Assembly (NCBI RefSeq): GCF_000341395.1
Contig: NC_020304.1
Location: forward strand, 3,540,001-3,572,000
Reading direction: 5' to 3'
Source of the DNA: Desulfocapsa sulfexigens DSM 10523
GTDB lineage: Bacteria; Desulfobacterota; Desulfobulbia; Desulfobulbales; Desulfocapsaceae
DNA: 32,000 bases
Shown here: piece by piece, positions 1-9,571 of the stretch
How positions within the stretch are numbered: the first letter of the stretch is position 1
Layout: each line of letters opens with the position of its first letter
Made by a program: the position numbers and the translations under genes
The notes under the pieces: generated by a model
Seen by the model: only the letters and a program-made list of their open reading frames with translations
The model's database searches: none
What the model was told of the DNA's origin: nothing

Positions 1-270
1 AATACATCTCCTGAACCATTTTCAAACTGGACGGCATCAGTTGTTGAAGATCTGGCCGTAATTGGTGGGATATTTGCTATGCTTCACTACCCTCTGGCCT
101 TTCTCGTTTTCTTTGTAGCCTTTCTTCTTACTGCAATCTGGCTGCTCCCGAAGCTCTGGTCAGGTATCAAGGTTGTGTTCCAGACAATTCTTACTTTCTT
201 CTCGGGAAAAAAACCTGTAGCTTCGCAGGACAAGGAAAAGACAACACCAAAAGAACTGCCTTTAACATAG
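1..270 (+). CDS. C-terminal part of a DUF4126-like integral membrane protein (5' truncated by window edge)
   Basis: Frame 1 is open from base 1 (NTSPEPFSNWTASVVEDLAVIGGIFAMLHYPLAFLVFFVAFLLTAIWLLPKLWSG...) to the stop at 270; two hydrophobic segments and a 'SPEPFSNW...ED' motif resembling DUF4126 C-termini. The listed ORF from 79 is internal. Confidence 0.7.
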   Translation, partial: NTSPEPFSNWTASVVEDLAVIGGIFAMLHYPLAFLVFFVAFLLTAIWLLPKLWSGIKVVFQTILTFFSGKKPVASQDKEKTTPKELPLT

Positions 271-338
271 GGCGTCCCATAAAAGATTTGTAAACGCTAG
301 GAGTGTCAGAAACTCTGCTATACGTTGTCCAAGGATAG

Positions 339-2165
339 CTAACAGGGAATCTCAATCACGACCGAGGTTCCCTTTCCTTCCTTGGAATCCACAACCATGC
401 TCCCCCCATGTTCCTCAACAATCTTTGCAGACATTGCCATTCCAAGCCCTGTTCCTTCTGGCTTTGTTGTAAAGTATGGATCAAATACCCGTCCTAGATT
501 TTCCGAACTGATTCCACAACCGCTATCCGTTACCGTGATAACAATTACATCACCACTTTTCACACTACGAACAGATAATGTTCCTCCGTCGCTCATAGCC
601 TGGATGGAATTCAAAAAGAGATTGAGGAAGACCTGACTCAGCCTGTCTTCATCGGCGTAGATCGGGGACAATGTCTCAGGAAAATCGAGAACAATCTCCA
701 CCCCCGCAGCCTCGGCATCAATACTGAGTAATGAAACTGATTTCTGAAGCAGGGCATGAAGATCAAACTCACTCTTCTGAAGCTCCTGCGGCCTTGCGTA
801 GTCAAGCAACTCAGAGATACTGCGATTAAGTCTCTCAACTTCCTGCACCAGAATATTGGCAGTTTCTCTATCATTATTTTCAATGCAAAATTTTGACCGT
901 AGAACGAGGGCAAGGCCTTTGATTGAACTGAGAGGATTGCGCAATTCATGGGCCACCCCAGCAGCCATTTTCCCAAGAGCAGCAAGACGTTCACTCCTAC
1001 GCAGATCTTTTTCAAGTTTTTTCACCTGACTCAGATCCTGTATCATAAGAAGGATTCCAACGAATTGATTATCACGATCGACTATAGCCATACGATTAAG
1101 CTGGACAGTATGACAGGTACCTTGAGCATTTATCAACTGCACCTCCCTCTGTGAGATAACGCCTCTTCGTTCTCCTGAAGCGTCCAGAATCGATCGGATA
1201 GCCTCTGTTTTAGCAAATACTCCTGTATTGTTGCCAAGTGCTATTTTTTCACTTATTCCGGTAAGTTCCTCGGAGAATTTATTATACAGAACAATCTGTC
1301 CTTTACTATCGGTTGCAATGAGTCCTACAGGTAAGGAGGATATCAGGATATCGCGAAAAGCCTCAACCCGACGCAATCTGCTTTGAGATCCTTTCAGTCC
1401 TTCAAGAGTGAGGATAGAAAGCCAGCCGCCGAAACCGACAAGCAGAAGAACAATGGATAAAATTATGATCTCAAGTTTTTGACGCTGCAGCCTTTTATTA
1501 TACTGCTTCATATCAAGCTCAACGAGAATCATGTATTTTTTCTGGCTTAAGGATTCTATCCTCTTTTTCCATGTTGAGTTGGATCCGTGAAGCCGCATCA
1601 CCCGGTTTCCCATTCCTTCTGAGTTGTTCTTCATCACTTGCGGGGAAAATTGCTCCAGTAAGCGACTGGTAATGGGTGAAAAATATGCCGCAACCTGAAA
1701 AACAGAGCCCTTATCTTCAGTACTGATACGATAATTAAACGTTCTGGTATCACTGGCATCTGCATCAATTGCCAGGAGAAAATCATGGGTTTGCTTGGAT
1801 ACCTGCTGAATTCGAGCGGCTGGAACTGAGTTAGCAAGAATAAACCCATCATTGTCAACAAGAGCTAAAAATCTGACTCCGGGATGTCCGGCCGCATGTT
1901 CAAGAACACGTTGTACATTGCCAGGCCAAAGTGCGGCAAGATCCTGCCCTGAGCGCAGACCTGTAATAATTGAACTTCTTGAACTGGAGGCAACAAAACG
2001 AATAAGAGTAACACCTTTTTCAAGGAGAATGTCAGTCATCAGAGCCTTGTCTCGACGGTAATTATTCACGGCAAAAACCGCTATTATTACGGCAAGTAAT
2101 CCGCAGGCTGCTGCCAGTACCCAGGGGGAAACGCTGGCTAACCGATGTTTTTTTATAATTCGCAT
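339..2165 (-). CDS. Membrane-bound PAS-containing sensor histidine kinase (ZraS/AtoS-like)
   Basis: 608 aa; N-terminal TM, periplasmic region, second TM, PAS, H-box AAGVAHELRNPLSSIKG, N-box NLFLNSIQAM, G-boxes DSGCGIS / GTGLGMAMSAKIVEEHGG. Confidence 0.93.
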   Translation of the reverse strand: MRIIKKHRLASVSPWVLAAACGLLAVIIAVFAVNNYRRDKALMTDILLEKGVTLIRFVASSSRSSIITGLRSGQDLAALWPGNVQRVLEHAAGHPGVRFLALVDNDGFILANSVPAARIQQVSKQTHDFLLAIDADASDTRTFNYRISTEDKGSVFQVAAYFSPITSRLLEQFSPQVMKNNSEGMGNRVMRLHGSNSTWKKRIESLSQKKYMILVELDMKQYNKRLQRQKLEIIILSIVLLLVGFGGWLSILTLEGLKGSQSRLRRVEAFRDILISSLPVGLIATDSKGQIVLYNKFSEELTGISEKIALGNNTGVFAKTEAIRSILDASGERRGVISQREVQLINAQGTCHTVQLNRMAIVDRDNQFVGILLMIQDLSQVKKLEKDLRRSERLAALGKMAAGVAHELRNPLSSIKGLALVLRSKFCIENNDRETANILVQEVERLNRSISELLDYARPQELQKSEFDLHALLQKSVSLLSIDAEAAGVEIVLDFPETLSPIYADEDRLSQVFLNLFLNSIQAMSDGGTLSVRSVKSGDVIVITVTDSGCGISSENLGRVFDPYFTTKPEGTGLGMAMSAKIVEEHGGSMVVDSKEGKGTSVVIEIPC

Positions 2166-3862
2166 ACAACAGGCGATGGAGGGTTGATGACTTTCTCCAG
2201 TAATACCTTAGTAATCATGTAGGTTGGTTTAATTCCATAATCCCCCAAAGAACCGGATGCCAGTGTTTCACCGGCATGTAAAGGATTATCCGATGCGTAA
2301 TAGGCGTATCTCGTCTTTATATTACGTGACACGTGGCCCTGAATAATAGCTGCACTTATGGCACGCTGATAATGACCACCTTCCATTTCAAGCCCCACGG
2401 CCTTCCAGTGGGAGGTATGAAATCTGGTGAGCACATGTCTATTCTGCATGGATGTCCCAAGAACAGTAACCATTGGACCAACATGAATTGGGTACCCTTC
2501 ATCGAAATCGCTTTTATCCAAATCGTTATCAACAATGTAATTATTGGTCGTACCCTCCATGACGTGAGCAGTAGCAAGCATGATATCCCCTTTTTTACCA
2601 GGGAGTGTTCCGGCCTTTCCCATTATACTGATTGATTCGAATTTAAAGGAGAAGTTCTTGTCATCAAAATGACAGGGACAGAGTAATTCGTCCAGAATAT
2701 CAAATGCCTGTGCTCCAAAAGCATAATCAATAACTAAAATAACCGGTTTTTCTTTTTCAATGTAATCAAAATCACATTGAACGGATTGGTGAGGGTTTTC
2801 TTTTGATATTTTTGACGTATCAAAAACCATAACATCAATATTGGACTCTGAAGTATCATGAATATAAGTAAAACCGTAGGCAGAGCCATAATCGGTGAGT
2901 TCATAGTCAATATTACGCAGTTCAGTGATCAAATCATAGAGATCTTCGGGTACAGGTTTTCCCTGATTTTTTAAAAATCCGGCGCCGTAAACAATGTTTT
3001 TCATTGAATGCATATTCGCACTCACCACATGAATGGTCCGATGAGATAGACCCTGGTTGTAAAGATTTTGTTTTATATTCTTAGCCCACAGAGTAGCATA
3101 TTTATGACGTCCAATCATCTCCTGAAGAGATGGAGTAAAATAGATAGTGAGGAGATTATCCCTGGATTTCGCCTCTTCAATAATGCGTTGCCCCATTGCA
3201 TAGATAATTGCAAAAAGCCCATTATTATAGTTTCCATTTTTTCCATGGTGGCTATCAAAACTCTCGTAAGACTCATACGCCTCACGGTACGTTCTTCCAA
3301 GGATAATAGAAAGATTCCACAAAGCCTGATGTAAGGCAGAACCTGTGAGTTTCTCGCTTCCCTGAACAACACCCTCTAATTCATGCCACTCAGAGCAGGT
3401 TCCCTCCTCCTTATGACATATCTGCCTGTGAATTTTCTGAGCTTCAAGATTGAGGAAAGTCAGGTTGGTCAGGATATCATAGATCTCTGTTAATCCACGA
3501 GTAATAACGAAACAGATTTCCGTGTCAGAAACAATATAGGAGTGTCTGCGTCTTTTAAAAGGAACGACCTTCTCAAAAGAAGTATCATGAAAGTCTTCAT
3601 CTGCCGTAAGTATTATCCTGTTACACTTTTCGACCCCCCTTGGCATCCGATCCATAACATATTCGAGACCTTGAAGTTCAACGATACGATGATCATTCAT
3701 TGAACCATATATCTCAGGCTCAAACAGTTGCAGCGATTCAGACAGCTTTTCACCAGATCTCCCGGAAGGCCTGTAATACCCTCTTAAGATCATGGCGTCT
3801 GCAATTGTCTTAAATGTTCGAATTGCGAACCGGGCACGTTGAGACTTTGAAAGTTCTTCCAT
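2153..3862 (-). CDS. DUF6909-like conserved protein with nucleoside-phosphorylase-like C-terminal signature
   Basis: 569 aa ORF; family name from recall. C-terminal half has GKAGTLPGKKGDIMLATAHVMEG and VGLEMEGGHYQRAI, reminiscent of phosphorylase-fold motifs. Overlaps the downstream kinase start by 13 nt. Confidence 0.6.
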   Translation of the reverse strand: MEELSKSQRARFAIRTFKTIADAMILRGYYRPSGRSGEKLSESLQLFEPEIYGSMNDHRIVELQGLEYVMDRMPRGVEKCNRIILTADEDFHDTSFEKVVPFKRRRHSYIVSDTEICFVITRGLTEIYDILTNLTFLNLEAQKIHRQICHKEEGTCSEWHELEGVVQGSEKLTGSALHQALWNLSIILGRTYREAYESYESFDSHHGKNGNYNNGLFAIIYAMGQRIIEEAKSRDNLLTIYFTPSLQEMIGRHKYATLWAKNIKQNLYNQGLSHRTIHVVSANMHSMKNIVYGAGFLKNQGKPVPEDLYDLITELRNIDYELTDYGSAYGFTYIHDTSESNIDVMVFDTSKISKENPHQSVQCDFDYIEKEKPVILVIDYAFGAQAFDILDELLCPCHFDDKNFSFKFESISIMGKAGTLPGKKGDIMLATAHVMEGTTNNYIVDNDLDKSDFDEGYPIHVGPMVTVLGTSMQNRHVLTRFHTSHWKAVGLEMEGGHYQRAISAAIIQGHVSRNIKTRYAYYASDNPLHAGETLASGSLGDYGIKPTYMITKVLLEKVINPPSPVVCEL

Positions 3863-4054
3863 AACAGACTCCTGTAATCAAAAAAAAATACCATGTTCTA
3901 AACAATTATAGAATAACGTATAAAGCAGGGACATTCCAGAAAGTATTCATTATTAAACTAAAAAGTTACATTATCTTCCAGATAAAGAAGACTGAGAAAC
4001 TACCTGGTTCAAAAGAGAAGTGGGAAAAGAAAATCAATGGCTGAAAAAAAAGAA

Positions 4055-4093
4055 AAAAAAAAGAGGGTAAATCGCCATAGGCGACTCACCCTC
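4055..4093 (-). terminator. Rho-independent terminator of the cold-shock gene
   Basis: Minus strand: gagGGTGAGTCGCCTATGGCGATTTACCCtctttttttttt; GC stem immediately followed by a long T tract, just downstream of the csp stop. Confidence 0.85.
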
Positions 4094-4121
4094 ATTCAAT
4101 CAAGAGATAGAATTTCTCAGA

Positions 4122-4322
4122 TTATATTTTGCTCACGTTTGCTGCAGCAGGACCTTTTGGACCCTCAGTGATTTCAAACTGAACTCTATCACCTTCGTTC
4201 AAGGTTTTGAACCCATCACTTACAATAGCAGAGTAGTGAACAAATACATCTTTTCCACCTTCCTGCTCCAAAAAACCAAAACCTTTAGCCTCATTAAACC
4301 ATTTCACTGTGCCTTCTAACAT
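4122..4322 (-). CDS. Cold-shock domain protein
   Basis: [33 protein letters not shown], classic CSD RNP1/RNP2 motifs; start chosen at MLEG (4322) after an AAGG Shine-Dalgarno rather than the longer ORF start at 4349. Confidence 0.95.
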   Translation of the reverse strand: MLEGTVKWFNEAKGFGFLEQEGGKDVFVHYSAIVSDGFKTLNEGDRVQFEITEGPKGPAAANVSKI

Positions 4323-4613
4323 AATAACCTTGTCCTTAGTACTGATCAACTACGTGATCGTGCTTTTTCTGTTGTATGGAATAACATTCTCTCCGAAACA
4401 ACCGGAAAAAATAACTCGTTTTGTTTTTTGAGCCGAAAATTCATCACCCATACAATTCATACGTTCACTAATAATACAGCAATGAATTTTAAAACACCAG
4501 ACAAATAATCAATCAAGCGATTTTATTTTATGTCAAGAGAAAAAAAAACAAAAGCAATCCTATGAAATCAAGGCCTCCAGCTATTTCAGGGTGGAGACAA
4601 AAATAAACATTTT

Positions 4614-6239
4614 TTATTTTATCTGTAACAATGAAGGATTGTATCCCTCAGGAGCCGCATATCCAAGAAGAGTCAGGACAGTGGCGGCAACATTTGCAAG
4701 TCCCACATCCGTTTGATTTGTTACTCTAAAATCGTTAACGCTGCAGAAATTTTTGACTATGAAGGGCACTGGATTTTTGGTATGGGCAACCATGGCAGTT
4801 TTAATCCCATTTTTCTCAGTCCACATGCAGTCTGCATTCCCATGATCTGCTGTAATCACAGCTATCCCTTTTGCCTTTTTTAGTACTGGTAGAACTCTCC
4901 CCAACATCAGATCCACCGTTTCAACAGCAATACGGACTGAAGCAGGAACCCCGGTATGGCCAACCATGTCACCATTCGCATAATTTAAACGGATAAATTT
5001 ATATTTCCCCTCACGAATGGTATCAATCACTCTGTCTGTTATCTCTGAAGCCTTCATCCAGGGACGAAGGTCAAAGGTTATTCTGTCCGACTCTATCTCC
5101 ACATATTTTTCTAGTTTTTCATCAAGATAACCAGACTTATTGCCATTCCAGAAATAGGTTACATGTCCAAATTTCTGGGTCTCGGAGATGGCATAGGAGG
5201 TGACTCCTGCACTGCAAAGATATTCACCAAGTGTACGATCGATAGCAGGAGGTTCCACCAGATAATGCTTAGGAACCATGGCATCACCGTCATACTGCAT
5301 TATTCCGGCAAAAAAGACCTCAGGTCTTCGTTTCCTATCGAAACCATCAAAATCCTGGTCATCAAATGCTTTAGACAGTTCAATGGCTCGATCTCCACGA
5401 AAGTTAAAGAGAATCACTGCGTCCCCATCCTCAATGCAACCGACAGCCGTTCCGTTCCGTTCAACAACGAAACTATCCATGTATTGATCAGTCATTTCCG
5501 GATCTTCATCATAATAGGTCTGAATAGCATCACAAGCTGACGCAAAACCTCTCCCCACGCCCAGTACATGCGCCTGCCACCCCTTCTCAACAATAGCCCA
5601 ATCAGCCTCATAACGATCCATTGTTACATTCATTCGACCACCCCCGGATGCCATGCAGTAATCTCTGCCATCCTGAGACATTGCCTTAAGTTTTTCTTCG
5701 AGCGGGACAAAATACTTCAGGGCACTTTTAGGAGCAACGTCACGTCCATCCAGGAGTCCATGGACACGAACCTTTTGAATTTGATCATTGACACATCGTT
5801 CAAGCAAGATATTGAGCTGTTCAACATGACTATGCACATTACCATCCGAAATCATACCTATAAAATGGAGGGTGCCACCATTTTCAGTTCGTTTCAACAC
5901 CTCTTTCCATGCTGCTCCCTGAAACAGATTCCCGGAATGCAGTGCTTCATTAACAAGCTTTGCCCCCTGAGCAAAAATTCTCCCGGCCCCAAGGGCATTA
6001 TGGCCCACTTCGGAATTCCCCATATCGTCATCCGACGGCAGACCAACCGCCTTTCCATGTGCCTTGAGACTGCACACGAGATCACCCTGCAGCAGCGTAT
6101 CCAGCACAGGAGTATAGGCCATATGGACACCATCGCTCTCATCTTTTGGGCCCATACCAACGCCATCCATAATAACGGTAACAACAGGACCAGGAAAACT
6201 TTTATAACCAGCAAGTGGACGCAGTGATAATTGTGACAT
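4614..6239 (-). CDS. gpmI: 2,3-bisphosphoglycerate-independent phosphoglycerate mutase
   Basis: VVTVIMDGVGMG, DDDMGNSEVGHNALGAGR, ISDGNVHSH, GRDVAPKSAL, TMDRYEADW, NFRGDRAIE, NYANGDMVGHTG, TADHGNAD. Start placed at MSQLSLRP, preceded by GAGGAAAAAGG; the listed ORF extends to 6266. Confidence 0.96.
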   Translation of the reverse strand: MSQLSLRPLAGYKSFPGPVVTVIMDGVGMGPKDESDGVHMAYTPVLDTLLQGDLVCSLKAHGKAVGLPSDDDMGNSEVGHNALGAGRIFAQGAKLVNEALHSGNLFQGAAWKEVLKRTENGGTLHFIGMISDGNVHSHVEQLNILLERCVNDQIQKVRVHGLLDGRDVAPKSALKYFVPLEEKLKAMSQDGRDYCMASGGGRMNVTMDRYEADWAIVEKGWQAHVLGVGRGFASACDAIQTYYDEDPEMTDQYMDSFVVERNGTAVGCIEDGDAVILFNFRGDRAIELSKAFDDQDFDGFDRKRRPEVFFAGIMQYDGDAMVPKHYLVEPPAIDRTLGEYLCSAGVTSYAISETQKFGHVTYFWNGNKSGYLDEKLEKYVEIESDRITFDLRPWMKASEITDRVIDTIREGKYKFIRLNYANGDMVGHTGVPASVRIAVETVDLMLGRVLPVLKKAKGIAVITADHGNADCMWTEKNGIKTAMVAHTKNPVPFIVKNFCSVNDFRVTNQTDVGLANVAATVLTLLGYAAPEGYNPSLLQIK

Positions 6240-6323
6240 ACCTTTTTCCTCTATTAGAAATTGCATAGCAGTTTATAATAAAACACATCGGGGGATAATT
6301 CAGCGCTTCTCCCAATGTTTTTT

Positions 6324-6839
6324 TTACTTCAAACGGGCTTTCTTGATGATTGCATTAGAGATCTGCTCTACCGTTTTTCCACCAACCTGAATTTCAATAT
6401 CGGCAACATTACGATAAAGTGGCAGGCGGCTTTCATGAAGGGTCCGAGCCTTAGCGAGATCATTCAAGAGAGGCCGCTTTTTTATTTTCTTTTTCGCATT
6501 GGGATGGGCGTAAATTGTTTCAAGTATCTGATTAAAATCTGCATGAAGATACACAACTTTGCCAATTTTACGAATATTAGGCACATTGAAAAAGCCACCA
6601 CCGGTAGATATGATGGTATTGCGCACCTGTTTTTGGAGCCAAACTGCAACCTGCTGTTCAAGTTCCCGGAAACGTGGTTCTCCAAATTCTGAAAATATTT
6701 CTCTTACTTTCATATTTGAAAAACTCTCAATAAGATCATCACAGTCCACGGCAAACATACCTGTTTTCTCTGCAAGTGCCCGTGCAGTTCTACCCTTTCC
6801 CACGCCCATAAACCCGATCAGGACAATATTTGATTTCAT
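6324..6839 (-). CDS. aroK: Shikimate kinase
   Basis: MKSNIVLIGFMGVGKGRTARALA, DCDDLIE, ISTGGGFF, KKRPLL, SRLPLYRNVAD; start placed at MKSN. Confidence 0.88.
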   Translation of the reverse strand: MKSNIVLIGFMGVGKGRTARALAEKTGMFAVDCDDLIESFSNMKVREIFSEFGEPRFRELEQQVAVWLQKQVRNTIISTGGGFFNVPNIRKIGKVVYLHADFNQILETIYAHPNAKKKIKKRPLLNDLAKARTLHESRLPLYRNVADIEIQVGGKTVEQISNAIIKKARLK

Positions 6840-7954
6840 ACTTTCTCCAATTGCTCTGCGAACAGCCATTCTTCATATTGATACTTACACTGTTTCCATT
6901 CAAATTGTTCCGTTAAATCATATATCAATTGTTCTTCAAGTTTAACAGGATGCTGCAAATACTCTTCGAGTCGCCTGGCAAGAGTGCCTGGCGCATAAAG
7001 ATACTCTTCTCCATACAGTTCCGGATAGGACAGGTCTGCAGGAAGCAAGGGATAGCAACCTGCCCTGATTCCTTCAAGGATTGAAATACCAAAAAATTCA
7101 TGCCTTGCTGTTGAAACGACCACGTCCCCCTGATGAAGCAAATTTGCATAGTCAGCCCTGGTTTCAGCATAGCCAAAATGAAGGATTTCTTCTGCCAATC
7201 TCTTTTCTGCCTCCTCAAAGCAGAGGGGGCGGTTGGCAAAGGACTGCCCCAGTACTACAAGTCGAAAAGCTATTCCCTTTTTTTGCAATTCGTACAGCGC
7301 CTCAAAAAAAAGTTCAGGGTTTTTATCGTGTTCCCAGCGATGATTCCAGACAATTACGGGAGAACTACTCCTAGCCCTCCTCTTTCCCTTAACAAAAGCT
7401 GCAGCATCCACCGACGAATAATCCATTCCCGGATAAAGAACCACACTCTTACTCCGAATTGTCTTCACACAATTGAGTGATTTCATGTCAGCAGGCTTTT
7501 TAAGAAGAGCCTGAATGGCTCCAAGGAAAGTCTCCAGGTTATAATGTGAATTAAAGCCACAGCTGTCTGAAGCCATGGCGGTGTTTAAATTAATCGCAGC
7601 GAACTGCCTGCTATCTTCTGATTGCACCTGGTGGGGATAGATAAACTGATTTTCATGAAAATAGGTATGTATTCCTGCATTCTGATTCCATCCGGCAAGA
7701 GAACACAGAAGCGATCGTAACACAGCAACATCAACAAATGTAGAGCAGAGCACCGTATCAAAACGCCTCTTCTCAACAGCTAGTTTTTCTAATTCCTGAA
7801 CAAACCAGAATGCAGACAGGTGCATCCGCAGCTTCCACTTCCGTGCCGGAAGAGCGAGTAGAGTGTAATCCGCGGCAACGGTTTTCTGCAGGCCACGCAG
7901 AAACAGTTTATGGGAACCACCGAAGTAGGGTTCGAGAATCAACACACGCTTCAT
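6836..7954 (-). CDS. DUF3524-type glycosyltransferase (tRNA-queuosine alpha-mannosyltransferase-like, GTDC1/QTMAN family)
   Basis: MKRVLILEPYFGGSHKLFLRGL, HENQFIYP, NSHYNLETFLGAI, VWNHRWEHDKNPELFFEAL, ARHEFFGISILEGIRAGCYPLLPADLSYPEL; 372 aa. Confidence 0.85.
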   Translation of the reverse strand: MKRVLILEPYFGGSHKLFLRGLQKTVAADYTLLALPARKWKLRMHLSAFWFVQELEKLAVEKRRFDTVLCSTFVDVAVLRSLLCSLAGWNQNAGIHTYFHENQFIYPHQVQSEDSRQFAAINLNTAMASDSCGFNSHYNLETFLGAIQALLKKPADMKSLNCVKTIRSKSVVLYPGMDYSSVDAAAFVKGKRRARSSSPVIVWNHRWEHDKNPELFFEALYELQKKGIAFRLVVLGQSFANRPLCFEEAEKRLAEEILHFGYAETRADYANLLHQGDVVVSTARHEFFGISILEGIRAGCYPLLPADLSYPELYGEEYLYAPGTLARRLEEYLQHPVKLEEQLIYDLTEQFEWKQCKYQYEEWLFAEQLEKV

Positions 7955-8406
7955 GACCCTGCCTTTTTACCAGCAACATCATCAAGATAGCTTTTAAAAG
8001 GACGTACTTCATTAATTGCATAACCGCACCCTGGAGGTAACTGTCCCCCGCAAAAATGAAGACTTTTGTCTGGAAAGTTGGTGCAAAGTTCAAGTCTGTT
8101 TTCATGATCTCTGCAGAATCCGGCATCGGACAGCCATGTGCAGGAAAATTGCAGGAACCCCTGCTCATCTTTTCCGGTAATAACAAACCGGTGATATTCC
8201 GGATAATCATGTAACACCTTCAGAAAATCCTTTTCCAGGCGTAACCAGCCCCGCTCCCCCTCAAGATTAATCTTCCTGCAGCAATTCCCACAGCAGTGAC
8301 AACTTCCGGTAACCAGTAATTCCCTTCCCATAACACGCATACGCAGATATCGAATCAATCCGAGAAAGGAATAGGTGGAGAGCAGTTTTGAGATTTTAAT
8401 ATTCAT
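7951..8406 (-). CDS. YkgJ-like zinc/iron-chelating cysteine-cluster protein
   Basis: CHCCGNCCRKINL... FSCTWL...GFCRDHENRLELCTNFP pattern; overlaps the glycosyltransferase start by 4 nt. Confidence 0.7.
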   Translation of the reverse strand: MNIKISKLLSTYSFLGLIRYLRMRVMGRELLVTGSCHCCGNCCRKINLEGERGWLRLEKDFLKVLHDYPEYHRFVITGKDEQGFLQFSCTWLSDAGFCRDHENRLELCTNFPDKSLHFCGGQLPPGCGYAINEVRPFKSYLDDVAGKKAGS

Positions 8407-8517
8407 GATTATAAAGATATCTGCATTTTCAAGAGAAGACTTTCGAGAGATTCATTTTTCTGATACAAAGGAAACAGAAAAAGAATCATAAAACATAGTA
8501 CCATTGGAGACAAGCAA

Positions 8518-9336
8518 ATGTGGCACTCAAAAGATGTCTACTACCTATCGGGCAGTACAGGGATACTTGCCGAAGACCTCGGGAAGTCACTCCTTTGCCA
8601 GTTCCCTGAAATCAGTTTCAATGCAGAAAAAATTCCCTTTATCCGTACTACAGAAGATGCCCTGAAGGCAATTCAGCACATACTGTCGCAATCAACCGGC
8701 CGTTTCCCTCTTGTTTTCTCAACAATCATGAACAAGGAACTTCTTGCAATCCTCGATGTCCCAGAGGTTGAGTTTTTTGACATCTACGATAAAGAACTGG
8801 AACGACTTGAAAATGTCCTTGAAGCAAAACCCATTCGCATATCCGGCACAGCAAGGCACTTAGATGATTCAACCATGGGAAATCGGGTTAATGCCATCCA
8901 ATACTGCATCGCCCATGATGACGGCAGCAGAATGAAGGATTACGACGAAGCAGAGGTTATACTGCTTGGGGTTTCCCGCTCCGGAAAGACCCCTATTTCT
9001 GTCTACCTTGCTACCCAAATGGGAATAAAGGCTGCCAATTATCCTCTTGTGGCTGAAGATCTCAATTCCTATCGTCTGCCCAACGAGATCGTCCGCAATA
9101 AAAAAAAGGCAATCGGCCTCTCCACAACACCTGAAACCTTGCATTTTGTGCGGGAACAACGTTACAAAGGCAGCAGTTATGCAAAGCTGGCAACCTGTTC
9201 AGGAGAACTGAGCCAGGCAAATCAGATTTTTTTGAATTACAATATCCCGATCATTATTTCAGATGGCAGATCCATCGAAGAAACAGCAACCCAGGTAGCT
9301 CAGCAGTTATCCCTGAAACGTCTGCCACGCCTCTAA
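8518..9336 (+). CDS. ppsR: Pyruvate, water dikinase / PPDK regulatory protein (kinase/pyrophosphorylase, DUF299)
   Basis: YYLSGSTGILAEDLGKSLL, GVSRSGKTPISVYLATQMGIKAANYPLV; 272 aa, family-typical length. Confidence 0.88.
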   Translation: MWHSKDVYYLSGSTGILAEDLGKSLLCQFPEISFNAEKIPFIRTTEDALKAIQHILSQSTGRFPLVFSTIMNKELLAILDVPEVEFFDIYDKELERLENVLEAKPIRISGTARHLDDSTMGNRVNAIQYCIAHDDGSRMKDYDEAEVILLGVSRSGKTPISVYLATQMGIKAANYPLVAEDLNSYRLPNEIVRNKKKAIGLSTTPETLHFVREQRYKGSSYAKLATCSGELSQANQIFLNYNIPIIISDGRSIEETATQVAQQLSLKRLPRL

Positions 9337-9354
9337 CATTCTCCAAGGAGACAC

Positions 9355-9567
9355 ATGCAGTTTATCGACAACATTCCCATGGTTGTAGTTATTTTTCTCT
9401 GTGTTTTGATAGGATTTGCTCCATTTGTCCCGGAACCACATATAGTAGAGAAACTCAGAATGCTGAGTCAGGGCAGCCTGAAAAAGCCTTTAGATATTTT
9501 CGATCTCTTCTATCACTCCATACCTTTTATCCTGCTGATCATAAAACTGATCCGTATGAAAAATTAA
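9355..9567 (+). CDS. Small hydrophobic protein of the type often auto-annotated 'RND transporter' (no transport evidence)
   Basis: 70 aa: MQFIDNIPMVVVIFLCVLIGFAPFVPEPHIVEKLRMLSQGSLKKPLDIFDLFYHSIPFILLIIKLIR; two TM segments; follows AAGGAG-like SD. Confidence 0.65.
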   Translation: MQFIDNIPMVVVIFLCVLIGFAPFVPEPHIVEKLRMLSQGSLKKPLDIFDLFYHSIPFILLIIKLIRMKN

Positions 9568-9571
9568 CGCC

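Noticed and set aside
2333-3334. Several short + strand ORFs inside the DUF6909-like gene
   Set aside because: Antisense shadows of a long coherent coding frame.
5568-6227. 219-aa ORF on + strand opposite gpmI
   Set aside because: Fully antisense to a strongly supported gpmI; no domain signature and no separate ribosome-binding evidence.
6315-6692. 125-aa + strand ORF opposite aroK
   Set aside because: Antisense to a supported shikimate kinase with no motif.
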